Shown one piece after another: positions 39,825 through 54,200 of a stretch of DNA of 64,000 bases. Source of the stretch: Tubulanus polymorphus (Eukaryota; Animalia; Nemertea); contig NC_134027.1 in NCBI RefSeq assembly GCF_964204645.1, forward strand, positions 2,946,485-3,010,484, given 5' to 3'. Under the pieces are notes generated by a model. That model did no database searches, was not told where the DNA came from, and saw only the letters and a list, made by a program, of their open reading frames with translations. The number at the start of each line of letters is the position of its first letter. Within the stretch, counting starts at the first letter, position 1. A program made the translations under genes and the position numbers.

Positions 39825-40322
39825 ATTGGCGTACTCCTCTACTGTGCAAGTTTATATCTATACGGAGTTTTATGTCCAAGAGCTCTATTTTTTATAAGGT
39901 TAATTGGGCGGTTATTCATTCATGTTCTAACAGTACTTACATGTGTCAAAAATCGAGGATTATAGACATGTACATGCTAGCATGGGCTATGTGTAAATGA
40001 ATATTTGATTGATATATACAGCTAAAATACAGTATTTATAGCAGCTGTACTGACTGATGCACTAACCGACTACGTAGTAACATAAAATTTGAATGGGAAA
40101 TATAGTCGATGTATGTCTATATCAATTATCTCAAATCCAACACGAATATAGGATCGCGAATAATTCATTTCTTTTTTCAATTAATCATATTCAGTATTCT
40201 CAGCGAGTTACGGTTTCACGAGTGAATGCTTGGGAGTATTCGTGTGCCACCAAATAGTAAGCTCGGACTATTTCTTAAATTTTAAAATGAATTCATATTA
40301 AGCCGTTTTATATCATAATTGG

Positions 40323-40579
40323 AGCCGCGATCACACAGACACGATTTGGCCCGGGCCAAATTGGCACCGATCAGCCAATTTGGCCCGTACCTAATTAGAG
40401 AGCTCAGTGCTAAACAATCATTTGCCTGGTGCTAGAATTAGGCTCGGGCCTGGACCGACGTTTTTGGTCGGGCCAAATTTGGCCCGGGTCAAACAGGCTC
40501 GGGCCCATTTGGCACCCGTGTGAACAGTTGTTCCGGGCCAGATTTGACCCGGGCCAAAAACGCTCGTGTGATCGCGGCT
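40323..40579. mobile_element. Harbinger/Tourist-like MITE upstream of APEH copy 2
   Basis: 14-bp TIR AGCCGCGATCACAC / GTGTGATCGCGGCT; GC-rich interior with repeated palindromic TTGGCCCGGGCCAA motifs. Confidence 0.8.
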
Positions 40580-41321
40580 ATAAAGAAAATGGCCTCAGCC
40601 TTACATCAAACTTCTCTTTATGTATTTTTTGCTTACATGTATATATGGTTTATTACGTGAACAATGTTTAATGTTGTATGAAGTCGGTTTTAATAGTGTT
40701 GTCGAGTTTCTTTTTGTCATTACCTTTCTTCCTTTGAAAACAAAAATGTTTTCCCATCATTTATCACCGAACTTGTCCATCAAAGATGTGTGTCGTGGGA
40801 ATCTGACTCGTCGAAGAGAAAAGAATTGAAAATTAATTTCCGATTTTAAATGTAAGCTGTATTTTGAACAGTAAACTACAAATGATGAGCGAATGATATA
40901 TTAACAATGAATACCATAATAAAAACCTATTTTAATCAATGAATGAATTTATACAGTTTATATCATAGAGTGTCACATAAAAATACTTAGTAACAGTAGT
41001 ATTTATGTAACACATACAACTACGACTTTTATACCGATCCGTATTAAATATATATAAAGTATAATGTTTAGTATTTATTACGAAAATTATTTCATCTTTA
41101 GAATTATTCAAAGATGAACGAAATGATTTCGAACCGTCTGTTTTTGTTATCATTCTTATTTCGATAGCATGATATTATACGTATATATTATTTGAATGTA
41201 AGATATATTTATTCATAATTTTACAGCCCTACGATAACGCACTGTTATTCCTTCTTCAGCGTGTCAATTACGAACTATTTTACATGTTTACATATTTATA
41301 AGTCTATATATTTAATTTTCG

Positions 41322-42921
41322 TTACTCAGTCACCACATCCTGAGACGCAGAACTCGGCATTGGCAAAGGAGAAACATCCGCCGATATTTTCTGTTGCGGA
41401 GTTTTCGGAACGCAGACCTCAGTCGCCGTTGGTGCAATTATTTGTTGGCGGTGAGACGCAGGGCGTTGGGTGGACGGTGGTTGAGGTCGGTACCAATTCA
41501 AACAACTAGCCACAGTATCATGTCCATATTTACTGGATGCTCGTTGTATTCTGTTAGTGTTTATTTCAGTGAAAGGCTCCCTAGTTGTAGCTAATAGTTG
41601 TAAACGAAACGGATTTTCTTTTCCATGCGACGTTCTGTAAGTAGTCGAGCTTTTCTCGCCGAAGCTACTTTTAGGTCTATTAGCTACGATTTGTTTGATC
41701 GGCAAAGGCTTGTAATAGGTAACTTGGTAGGTAGTCGGATGCGGTCCAGATCGGTCTAGTTCTTTCTTCGCCGGCATCCAAGTCATCAGATCCTGCTGTG
41801 CTTTATACGTAGTGTTTTTAACCCGTCTTCTCCCGAGTCCCTGTACGTATCAAAAAAAAAACAACGCGTGTTACGTAATCATCAGAGAAAATTCAAAATA
41901 ATGAATGCAGATTTGTGAGAAATAAAAATGTAGGCTACCTCTTCGAAAATTAGAGCGTCATTGAGAAAGGACTGTCTATTATCATGCCTGGAGAAGACAT
42001 GTCTCCCAGCGATCTCCTATTAATTAAAAAAGAAAGTACAATATATATGTATATATAACGTTCATGTGTATCAGAATGAAAAGCTCATCAAAGAACATTA
42101 ATGATTTGTGCGCTGATCGATTGAGAAGAGCCGGTAAGCTGTATTAGCGGCAGGGCGCACAATGGAACTGGATTCAGAACGATTAGGAAATGAATATTTG
42201 ATTGCGATATACGGAAAATTAATCATCTGCGCGTTGATTCAGTATATCGCGTATAGAACAGATTAATGAATATAGCTTCAATTTATTCCCGTATGTCACA
42301 GAAATTTATAGAAACCGCGATCTTAGACACAGGCGGTTGCTATGAGAATGATTTTACGGTATCCGCTTGAATGAAATGAGGTTTACGGTTTAACTATCGA
42401 TGTGAAACATTTTGACGAATCAGGCTGAGATATTTCACGATGTAAGAAATCATTTATAATTAATTTCTCATGTTTTCGGTTTTTGCTATTGATTCTATTT
42501 GTATATATTTTACCTGAGTTCTACGTAAAAATCGTTGTGGTGGCGGTGGTTTGGCCAACTGTCTGTATTCGTTCACAAAATCGTTTCTCGATTTACTTCG
42601 AAAATGACCGTGGTATCCAGACGGAAACTGCAAATAAGAAAAAAACACCATAAAAGTTACTTGTAAATATATCGATTGTAATGATCTATAGTTATAAAAT
42701 CATCGAAATACATTGTAATTCTTGAATACTGTATCATAGACTTTCATTTTCTGACAGAGAAAAGTGTTAGGTAAACAGAAAGACACAGATTGCAACAAGG
42801 TTTCTATATAAAATCCTATCAGCGAGTGCTTATCCCATAATTAAAGCGCCTTCGTGTGTTTCCAACATCCACGACTTACCCATGTCCCAGTTATACGCGA
42901 TCCTTGAGTCTTAACGGCCAT
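41322..42921 (-). CDS. C3orf84: HDNR-motif protein, C3orf84 homolog, 4 exons
   Basis: MAVKTQGSRITGTW|FPSGYHGHFRSKSRNDFVNEYRQLAKPPPPQRFLRRTQ|EIAGRHVFSRHDNRQSF...|GLGRRR...WMP...TTYQ matches human C3orf84 as I recall it (GSW...GFYGHYRS...AKPQPP.VFL...HFFSKHDNR.SF...GIGRRK). Exons about 42880-42921, 42514-42627, 41939-42016, 41322-41841. Confidence 0.85.
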
Positions 42922-43861
42922 TTTAATTATTTATTCCGACTTTTCCATGATCGATTTCACCACTGACACCAACCAGTACTGGTAGAGCTGGAATATTGAA
43001 ACAGCGGTCGTCGCTATGCAAAATCGCGACGGCCCTGTAAACAGGTCGCGGCGGCGGCGGTTATAGTTGGAACACAAGGTAGAGCCACCCGCTCCAAGGC
43101 GTTTATTGTTCTTAACGAGGCTTTTTGATTTGCATACTATTAAATCCATTGACAATGTTAAGCCATAAACCGGTGTGGAAATGTGTGTGTGTTATTATGA
43201 ATAAATACAAGGTCCCGCAAATTACTACACAAATAGTATTAAATGCACGCAAAAAGGGTGTATATATTTATCTATGTAAGTGTAGACAGACCAAAAGGAA
43301 CTTAAGGACAAATGCTATGGCGAAAAGATAGTCTGCTAACAGGTTTATCTAGCTCGATAAACGTTTAATATATATACGAAATATTTGGAATTTACGACAG
43401 ACCTTAAGAATTACCTTAAGATTGTTTCGTGTTCTGTCGTTTAGATGGCGTCCGGAGCAAAGTTGACATGCCAATATGCTAGTTAAAATTTTACTTATTC
43501 AACGTTAACAACATAGAAATAGTAAATGCATTGCAGTGGATGGGTTAAAAACAAACCCGGGTTTGTTCTATTGATCTATGAAACTAAGTATTACGGACTA
43601 ACTTATATGAATACATGAAAATTTGTTTGTAGATCGAAATGATTACAGTGATAAGATTATCAGATAGTTGTACATGTATATGTATGTATATGTATTTATT
43701 TTATTATTGTGACGTAGTTATAAGTCTTCTTTACCAACACATAATATATACATTTCAACACTACCCAGCCCTCAACGGGCTTATAAGTCACCATTAATTA
43801 GATTTATTTATAAATATATTCAAGTGGTTATATATTCAGGTGTATATATACGTGATACATG

Positions 43862-43927
43862 TCAGCGGAGCGGTGGATTAGATGTTTGGCCCACGATCGA
43901 AATGGTTAGCAATAATTCAAACCCCTG
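43862..43927 (+). mobile_element. Possible degenerate tRNA-derived SINE head
   Basis: A-box-like CAGCGGAGCGG and B-box-like ATTCAAACCC at tRNA-like spacing. No intact cloverleaf. Confidence 0.25.
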
Positions 43928-44649
43928 TTTGATTTTTTAGATTGTTGATATAATGATATTTTTTTATCTGCGATGAAAATCCCGTGTTCCACTAGACTGA
44001 GCTCAGAGTAATATCTTTCGATGGAAAAATCCGAGATAAGAAGCCCGTATTTTTATTAAGACATGTTAGACCTGCGATATTACAGAACATCAAAGACGTC
44101 AACATAGTGGTACTTGAGATTGATGTCGAAGTGTTTATGAGATAGGTTTCTCTCTGTCCTCAGATGTGCTCGCTGTAATCCTGCTAGCTCCTGATTTCGG
44201 GTGTAGAACGACATCTGACAATGTATCTCGTTATTAGATCAGTTGACAATACAGTTTCATTTGGTCTTTGATGGTGGATTGGATACAGTCGCTGTTGCAG
44301 CCGAGGGTAAGAGACCGATCAAAAAGAGTAATATCATAAGGGAAATAATGATACTTTTCTAACCTGTTACAAATTACTCGCCAATTTTCGCAAATTACTG
44401 CACGGTCGAATTAAACATTAACATACCAAGATCTCAAATCTGAAATGTCGGTATTAAAGCTTTCATTCGCTCGAGAGATATGAATCTATCTCTTTATCAC
44501 GTTCGCAACGACACGAACGCCTTAAAAGGAATCTTTAAGGTACACGCCGACGAATGCTTTCAATGCGATATTGAACGTGTCGATTCCGCCGTGCAAATCA
44601 TCCCCAGAAGCACAGAAGCAAGCAAAAATTAAATTTCAGTCAGTTGTGA

Positions 44650-45400
44650 AATTCTATAACGCAATCAGTCGATTGCGCTTCGTTATCTGTGATTGCAAAT
44701 GAAGTAAAATTGATGGAGCTGTGTGTGTGTAAACTAAATCACACCAATGATGTAGAATAATACCAAAGCTGAAGCTTAGGATTTTTGCCCATCGACTGTA
44801 CCAAGTTATATCAGCGCTAATTTTCCAAATGTTGAGGCGGGCTTGGTCGGCCTTGCGACCACCAGCGACGTTCACATCGCACGAGCAGTTTTTACCGCTT
44901 TTTGCGAATAATAGAGCCCTATTCAGTCGGAGACGGGCTTTTCAGCGTGCTGTCTCATACGTGAAGTGCTCGCTATCCGTTGGCGAATTTTCTTACACGA
45001 ACATGGATAGACTGGGAAAACACATGATTTATATCAGATTTTGCACGAAAAAGTGCGTTACTCAACTCATAGTGGCCATACTAGACTGGTTGCCGGTCGT
45101 GAAGTTTAGGGCAAGCAACCAGTCTATGGCGATGACGCGCTAATGATGAGATATTGGCAGCACCTCCCGGTGTAATAAAACCGGCAAGTAGATTGCCAGA
45201 GTCGGTTCATAGTAGTGTATGAAGAATCCGCTAACGATGAACATAGCGGCAGCACCTTCCATTGCAAGCGATCGTTAGTCGACCTAAAGCCTGTTTTTGA
45301 TGTCGTATTAATGAGCCAAGAGTTTATCAAATCTAATTCAAATACTGTGCCCAACTTTACACAACGATTAGATCAGAATCTACGAACGAAATATAAAATT
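44650..45400 (-). mobile_element. Possible highly degenerate RTE-like LINE reverse-transcriptase remnant
   Basis: GC-richer than the flanks. Broken minus-strand peptides IMCFP, EHFTY, VARPTKPASTFGKL occur in the order expected for the RTE RT C-terminal region (KT.VM.QP, FTYLGS, RIAKASA.FG.L). Many stops and frameshifts. Confidence 0.3.
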
Positions 45401-48400
45401 TTTTAATCGTCACTTTGTTAATTCTCTCGGGGACTCGTATATTGATGTATTGTGGTTGTGTCAGCTGTACCGTACGATGCTCGGTGTCATCTTTTAGACG
45501 TCATGATGCTGTAATTACAGACCGATGCTCGCCCGCTCCGCGATTGTTCATTTCCCTTTCAATCAAAGCAATTTGTGAACGATCGTTTGATGTCATACAC
45601 AACTCATTTCTCCAACAAATCGACGCAAATCACTCTCGGCTCGTCATTTCGCTTCTGTGAACACTGATTATTATCTTGCTGATTGCGGAGAGAATTAATT
45701 AACAACAGAGATGTTTTAACCGATTGTGCATGTAACTTTACCTGGAATGCGACGTTAAATTTCGTCCGTGGTTTTTTCCATTCTACAAAAGCTGAGTGTT
45801 TCCACAACTATCACCTATCACCAAACGATTTCTATTACACTTTGGCTTAGATTCCTTCAGTGGTGATGGTCAATTTTCCGAATTCACTCAAATGAATCTA
45901 ACCAATTAATCTAACACCTAACACAGGGCTGAAATCTGTCATTAAGATAAACCATCAACGTCAATTCAAACAATTTTTATTGTTTTTTTCTTGCGTTTCT
46001 GGTAGAATCCTTCCACCCATCTACCCGGAATTTCACGAATATATCGTTTCTATATGTATAATGCGCGCAACATCTATTCAGAAAAAAATATCGCCCGAAT
46101 TAAGAATAATGAACGAATGAAAGACGTTTCAGATGATATATGCGGGATATTAAATTTGGCCACCCGAGTCGCGACATTCGCAATTAAGTCGGCCGTAAAA
46201 AGACTGAACCATGCTTATCTCTGATGCACAAATTGAACATCAAAGCGTCGTTTCGTCGCCGTATTTATGGCTTGTGTATTGTCGTTTGAAACGAGCATCT
46301 TGTGGCAATAAGAAGGCTGATTTACATGTCTAAAACCCGGGCATCATCGCATTCTAATCCGACAAATGTCTCGAGGATCGATATTAATTTGACAAGATTT
46401 GGCTCCTGTCAGACACTGGTCACATTTGACTGATTAAAACAACTCAAGTTCAGCTACAGCTTCATCTATTCGGTTTAATTGATCGAGTCTCAGAGAGAGA
46501 GAGAAAGGACAACACACATTGACATCGGTCGCTTTCACCCAGAAGTGTCGCAGTTGATCATAATGTCTGATGACAGCCAGGAAGCCCCACCCTAGTCGAC
46601 GTAAACAGAAACATTGAGGAGTCTAAATTAAGAATTAATCCAGCTTATTGATCAGAAATGACTTATTTTTCAACTACATGGTCGACCACCGTACCGGTAA
46701 TTGGTGCCCAGTACTCGAGTGGCAAGCGAGGCAATCAGTAAACCGAGCTCAGTATTGTGTGTACAGTCACACTCGACACATGTGGGAAATAAAATTTTAA
46801 TCCAAATGAATGTTACGATCACCACTTTCTTTATCCTCATTTATATATACATTCGTTCAGCCAAAAATGATATCTTCAACCATTTTACGGAAATAGACAA
46901 TTTTGGATAGTCAACGACACCCGATACATTTTAGCCTACATTTTTTGTAAACAAGTTTATTGCCGTAGAAACTATTAAACTTATTTAAACTTATTTAAGT
47001 AAACGATGGCGAACACTGTAAAGTAGGTTCCGCAAAATCCACAAAACAGCGACGAATCTCTTGTGGCACCGCAATGGTGGAACCGATGTTATTTCCTTAT
47101 CATCGGTATTTACGTGCAACGAACAGCGACTGCTGCGTGTAATTGTCCATCTTGAAGTGTCACTTACGAAACATTAGACGGTCATCAGTCTACGTTTCGT
47201 GTTTGCCGGTTTATTAAAGGAAATAGCACCGGTCATTACTCTTAACGCCCGAGGAAGCAACAAGTCACCAGATGGGAATCTGGTAGAATTGCTTCGGCTT
47301 CTCATTACGTGACATGGCTGCCAAAAAACTAACTCTACCATTTTACGTTGGCAGCCAAGTTACTTGGTTCGTTAGGTGTTTATTGGCAGTACTGTCATAT
47401 ACAGTACAACATGCAAAATGCAAACGAATGACCGAACGAGTGCTGAATGCTTTTTTACTTCCCCGAAATCAATATATGAAAAGACACGTACTTCTTGTGT
47501 CATTCGCTCCGAATAAGAACGACTTCTTGTTTCATCAAAAGAAACAAGTAAACTATCTTATGAACGGTCTAAGCGCTCGGCGATGTATGAAGATTGCCTT
47601 TGATAAAATCTAGCACTCGAACAAAAACTAGCCCGCAGCCTGGTTATCATATTGGACGAGAAACCGATCTTCTCTCGTTGGGAACGAAATTGACAATTTT
47701 CCAACCATCATTGTCTCTTTCATAGCCCAAAGCTGGCCTAATATGCAGTTGTTAGTTACCGCGCGTATCAAATGATCTGACATCTCATCGCCATTACGCA
47801 GAAAAAAGTTCATCTTCGCTGCCTGATTCCGGAATTGGCTTCATTCATCGCAATCATAACTTGGCAACAATCGTGTAGGTTGTCAGAGAGTAGGCTCGCA
47901 GCCGTGAAAGGTTGGTAACGGCGGCATATCCCATAAAACATTTCATTACGAGAACATGTGAATATTATATACAGAAATCTCTGAATCATTCATCACTGCA
48001 GTCTGAAACACTTTCTATCACAGGCGTATTTTTGCATAAATCGTTTACAGCATTCCTATGTTTCCTATCGTACGAAGGCTAGAATCAATATTCATGTCCA
48101 AAATCAAGGAAACAGTTTTTCAAAGTTTATCGAAATGCACGTTTCGAGTTGCGAAACTTTGAAAAATTGGAAATGGAAATTTGGTCTTTGGGCTTTGTTT
48201 CTTCACCCCATATTCATCAAATTGCCTCCAAATTACCAGTCCATTGGTATCCGTGGGTTGGTAACAAATGCAAAGCGTGAAGGACCCAGGTGGCTGAGAA
48301 ATTATGTATACCAGTTCTTTAGTCACATGAACAGTGTTAATATGCCGCACAGGTTCACTAGTTACTGTTACTGTGTGCATAATCATCTTAGCGCTCGGCT

Positions 48401-51261
48401 CCGGTCTGTCCGAGGGACCACTTTAGCTAAGACAACTTTGTCTGTCCACGAACGGATGAAAATAATCACATTCGAGGAATTTGTTCAAGAAATGGCCCCT
48501 AAGGGAGACATGCATCTACATTATTGAATAGTGAAGCGCCGTGGGGGTGAGTGGCTGGGTAGACAAAATCGCATACCCAAATGAAGGCATAATTTATAGC
48601 CTGACGAAGCCGATAAAGAAGCCACGGATTGCGAATGAAAATATATCGAATAACGCGATGAAACTAGCTCCACCCAAGATATTTTGCATTCAAATGCAAA
48701 ATCCTATCGTCCGTATTTTTACCGATTCAAAAGTTCAAAAGCGCTGATTGAAATCTTGACTTTCTCAAAAATAGAGCAAATTTGATTGCGAGCGCTTTGC
48801 CATAAAGCGCGTGATCATGCAGTCGAATCTGAGTATCTAATTACCGCGAAAACACCTCCAGCAAAATAATAGTAATAACTTTTCTATCGAGTTTTAAAAG
48901 ATGTTTAATTTCTTGAAGTCGGTAAAATTGAAGATTTCGGTAATCAAGCAAGCAGCAAACACGACGGATCGAGAAGCGGCAAAAGTAATTAAAGTTTGGC
49001 ATCTCTGTGAATATTCTCTCTGTTGTTGATTGTTTCTGATGTGGAAATAAATGAATTGTCACACGCGTTGTTAAGAGTCAGGGTAGATAATGAAATAATG
49101 CAATAAGCCTGGGATCTAACGACTAAACCAAGACACTAAATTCACGTGCATCAAAGGACGAGTTCATATCCGAGCACACTGACTCAAATGTATCCTCGGG
49201 GCGTAATGCATGCACACTAAATAACACTTTAGAGACATTAGCACCGGTTACGAAAGAGTAGTATCTACCTTTCAGGTTTCCGAGGATCACAAATGAAGCC
49301 ATTCAGGCGCTCGATGTCTAATTTACAACTGTGAATGGAAGTTTTTTTTCAAATAGACGCAATCAAAGAGAATCTGAATGAGTATAGGCACAATACACGA
49401 TTCAATGAAGCGGTACTAATATCCTCGACTGGGTTCACTGTAAGCACATCCTTAGACCAGTCAAATCAAACAATTCACTTTTCGGAAATCTGTTTTTATT
49501 TCTTATTTTTATAAGTACAAAATATTTCTTTAATTTTTCTTTAAAACGTGATAAATCTTCTGTATTTTATACACAATTTTTTTTATACAGAGAATTTGCT
49601 TAAATGCAAATGCTTTTTAAACATACGTAGACACACACACGCACACATGTGTTCATTTTACATGCATAGGTGTATCGCTTATACAAACAACTAAAACAAA
49701 CTAAACCTACTGGTATTTTACGATAAAACATTCAAAATTACCGAGACCAAGAGGTCATTCATCTTATAGCTGAAGAAATTGAATTTAACGAAAAGAAAAT
49801 TCAGTTATTGTCGCCTGGACAAAATAATTCGTAAACACATATACACGTATATGAAGTGAAACCATTGCGAGATATCAGTTAGATATTGTTACATGCTACA
49901 ACGTTATTACAAAAATAATAAATATCATATCATATCATATATCACTTAAGATGTATTTGCATTGTAAACTACATCATATTCCATTAATTTTCAAACTTTT
50001 CATTTTTTCAATCAATGTATTTAACAAGCACAAATATCGCCATGAACACGCATATCTCCTCTTAGAAACTTATGTACATTCAATCGAAATAAATCATGCA
50101 CAATATTCATCATTATCAAATCAGTACAAGCATTGTGGAAAAAATCGCTCATGAACATCGAACAAACATTAAATTAACAGAAAAATATCCATTCTCACAG
50201 TTCAAATCTCGATACATTGATTTAGGTGGCATTACTTCTTTTGTGAATAGTGTCAAGTTTTTCAAGGTGACAGATTCTCAATAGTCGGGGAAATTTGAAC
50301 GATATCATCGCTGATATTTCTAACATCGCAGCGCTAATCTAACGCGGCTTCGAAAACCCCGAGAGGAGACCCAAATCCTTAATCTTTATAATACAAATTT
50401 ATTTGATACGTTCATGAGAATGGATTCGACTTTGAACATTTTTCGAATGTGGCTCAATAGAGATACACTGAGCTATCCACGATATATCTAAACACACTTC
50501 AAGTAATCCTTTCGTGCTGATCAAACAAACTATGCACAATAGCGAGATAAACCTTCTTTCTTTACTCCGCTCTCACTAATGGATGCATTGATTTAATATG
50601 TCAAAGTGAATTTACAATGTACGACAAAATCAGCGAAATTTTCAGTAAACATTGATCTGTAATCGCAGCCCTGAGGCAGTGTGTACATGTATCATCAGAG
50701 AAAACATTACTTGCTGTAATCACCAAAACGATATGATGGCTGATTTCTGAAATTCTTGCCGATGAATTGAACTGTCACTATGTATTGAAGCGAAATCTGA
50801 ACATTCTGATATGAATTCTTCATCGTATGTAAATGATATGTACTAAAGATGATTGTTTTCTTGTTCAATAATCTATGATAATCATGTCTTCGATTGTTAC
50901 CGAACGTTCATGTTTTACCCTAATCTCAGGATGGCGAAAACCAACGCAGAAATCAATTTTATCATTTTCTATCAAGCATAGCTAACTACATACATAGGCA
51001 TTATCCACTGTAAGCATTTAAAACGGCCACATTCACTGTAGTCACAAATCACTTGAAGCCTCTTTAATTCAACTGCATTGACCGAATATCACAAAGTCAT
51101 AACATGTTTTTAAGCATTATGCATATCAATAATAAAGTTACATAGTTCCTCACACATTCACACCATGTGTTTTTTACGTCAATATAATGAAATCTATATT
51201 TAGTTAGTAATATTAATATCTACAGCACCACATTGATAAATCTTGTATCAAGAAGCTTCCG

Positions 51262-54200
51262 TCACACTGTACTCTCCATACATGAATGAACTTGCTCCAA
51301 CTTTATAGCCAGTTTATACGTCCTCGCAAACTCATCCTCCTCCAAATTACGCATAAGCTGAAATAGGCAATGTAGCAATATGTTGATATCAACGAATTGA
51401 CCTCGTAATCTTGACATGAAACATATTGAGGCTATTGATCCTACCTGGTCATTGTAACGCACTACGAAGCTATATAACTCATTCAGCGCAGCGACAACAT
51501 TAAATTCTTTAGAATACTGAAAAATGTGAAAGAGACATCAATAAATAATTGGAAAAGTCAGGAAATAATCTATCAAAATGTATCAATTAAGCCTGAATAC
51601 AGGTAGGTAGTACTAGAACAGGTTAACTGATTTCATTTGATTTTCATTACAGTAGTTTCAACAGGTAAATGAGTTTAAGTCGATGAAGAAAACATCAGTA
51701 TTTATAGTTGATCATCTGTTAAGTATTAATTCTTACCTTAGTAGTTTCACCGAGTTCAGCAGCCATATCTTGGTCACTTATAGCCGGGATCATTTTGATA
51801 TCTTGGTAGTATCGTTCGACCCATTTCTTGTACTTTGGAATATCTTTTGCGTAAAGCAGTTTGCTAGATGGACTGTCCTTGCCGAGACGATGATCCTTCA
51901 TTGAACAGCTATCCATGAACGTCTGCGCAATGACCGACAAACAGGAATCGACGATATTCGACTTGTGAACGTCGAAAACGAAGTTCGGATTCTTGATTAC
52001 GTTCACCCAGAACCGCAGAGGAAGACTGAAAATAATGACATGAAATCATTAATACTCATCGGCACAGAAATCTGATTAACCGGGCCATATCTAGTAAAAC
52101 ATGCATTGAAAATAAAATACAGGTGATTACAATTTGAAGCGATTTGATTCACATCTGCCCCAAAATGAGCAATTATTTGACTGAAATTCTATATGACGTC
52201 TAGAAAAGAGGGTTAACCACTAACGTACGGCGATAAGGTCATTTTTTATTGAGAGCCATCATCTTCACGGAATGCCCGTATGTTAAGAATAGATCCATTG
52301 ACAACTAGTAGTAGATGTTATCGGAGCGTAGTTAAAGGGGTTACAGTGCTTTCTATAATACAAGCACCGCAGACGTCTTAGAAAACATCTGTCTCGGCTT
52401 ACTTCCGCTACAACCACCACCACCAGTCATTCTACTACTCTACGCCCACCCATTCCATCATCAATACGCAACATATTAAAATAATAGATTCTATTCTTGC
52501 GAAAGCCACTTACATTGATGAATTTTGAAGTATAAATTATGTAATGGATCGATGTCAATAGCTGATAAAATTACATAAATTCAATCTACGCCGATACATT
52601 AATGTTTCTGCCTTCACAGAGAAGGTTCTTTTACAGACACACATGCACATTGTACGATTGAAACTAAATTTGGATTGATAGCTTTATTTTTATCGGGGTT
52701 GAGATATTAGTAGTTATCGAATTTTCTAGAACAGCATTAGGCTAATTGATATCATCATAGAAGTCTGGGTTCTTGGATTAACAATTGATACTTTATGATA
52801 GTTCTGGGATGGTATCGGCGAAAAATTGAATTTTCACATTTTTTTCACATTGTCACAGGTTTCCTTCACATTCTTATTCCGAAATTTTCAACATATGAAA
52901 ATATTGAATATTTTTTTCATAATTTTCCGCGAACAAAATTTTGTAAAATTTCAATCATTACATTTCAACATTTTTAAAACTATTTTTCACGGATATTTCA
53001 ACTTTTTTTTCGCTATTTTTGACATTTTTCAATCACACCCCTGATAGTTAGATGGAATGAATACATATCACGATGAATTATTCCATTAATCGCGCGATTC
53101 TTAAGTAGTGAGTATCAAGCAATGGATTACGACTCCTACCTGTTTGACTTCCAAGTATGTACGACTTCAGGATCAGTAATTCCATGGTGCAAAGCTTGGT
53201 CATCGAGAAAATCAAAGAGATATTTAATTGCCAGTGGTAGAGCACTTCCACGATGCGCTGTACTGAAGATTGTTTCAAACAAGTCATCGACGAATTGTTG
53301 TAAGGTACCCTAAAATAAAACCAACAATTGAGTAGAAAAATATAGACAAAATAAATCACGACAAAGGATCATTCGTGATAAATATTTGAATTCAACGATT
53401 GCCAGTTCCATATTCGAAACTGGAATCCAAACGTGGTCCTAAATCTTAAAGACTGTCCATAGAACAACGAGGGTCTTAGACTTAGAAATCTATGACTTTA
53501 AGAAGTTATTAACATGGTCTCAAGACCATGGAATCGGCCGCAGTTGTCTAAAATAGTAGTAGAACGTGATATTGAAACCAATTACACCAGTCTAATATCA
53601 CCATCGACGATAATGAGAAGATGTTTGAGAGAAAACAACGTCTCAAGCCATTAAATCCGTAGTCAATTTCACGGAATCCATTGCCATGGAGATAAATGCG
53701 CGAAGAAGTCCGAAAGTACGAACATATCCCGGTTGTTAATTACGAAAATCATTCTACTGTTTTAACGGTTTAGTTTATGATGCAGTAATGGGGGAGGTCT
53801 ATGTTTTAAGTAATGACTCGACGAGTGCACGTACAGGATAAACTACCGGTATCCTTAATTATCTAATTAACAGCCTCTCAATGCGATGCTATTACTAGCT
53901 CCGTGTAAATGAGAAATGTTATCAGAAATGACACTACATTGTGAGATGAGAGGTACAATGAGTTATTGGTCAAACAATGACTACGGTCACAAAAATTCAA
54001 TTTATATTTTTTTCTTGCAGTCAGAGATGTGAGTGGAGGACTTCATAAACAATAAAGTGAGTTTGTATTTAGTGAATCACGACATGCACGAAGGAACGAA
54101 ATATAAATCTAATTCAAGTCTAAAATCTAATGCTATTCAGCACCATGTCTAAGTACGTTTCAATGATCTGTCATATGTCAATAGCTCCTGTAAATGTCAT

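Noticed and set aside
52795-53044. Phe/Ile-rich ORFs in a plexin intron
   Set aside because: Low-complexity TTTTCA repeats, probably a decayed repeat element.
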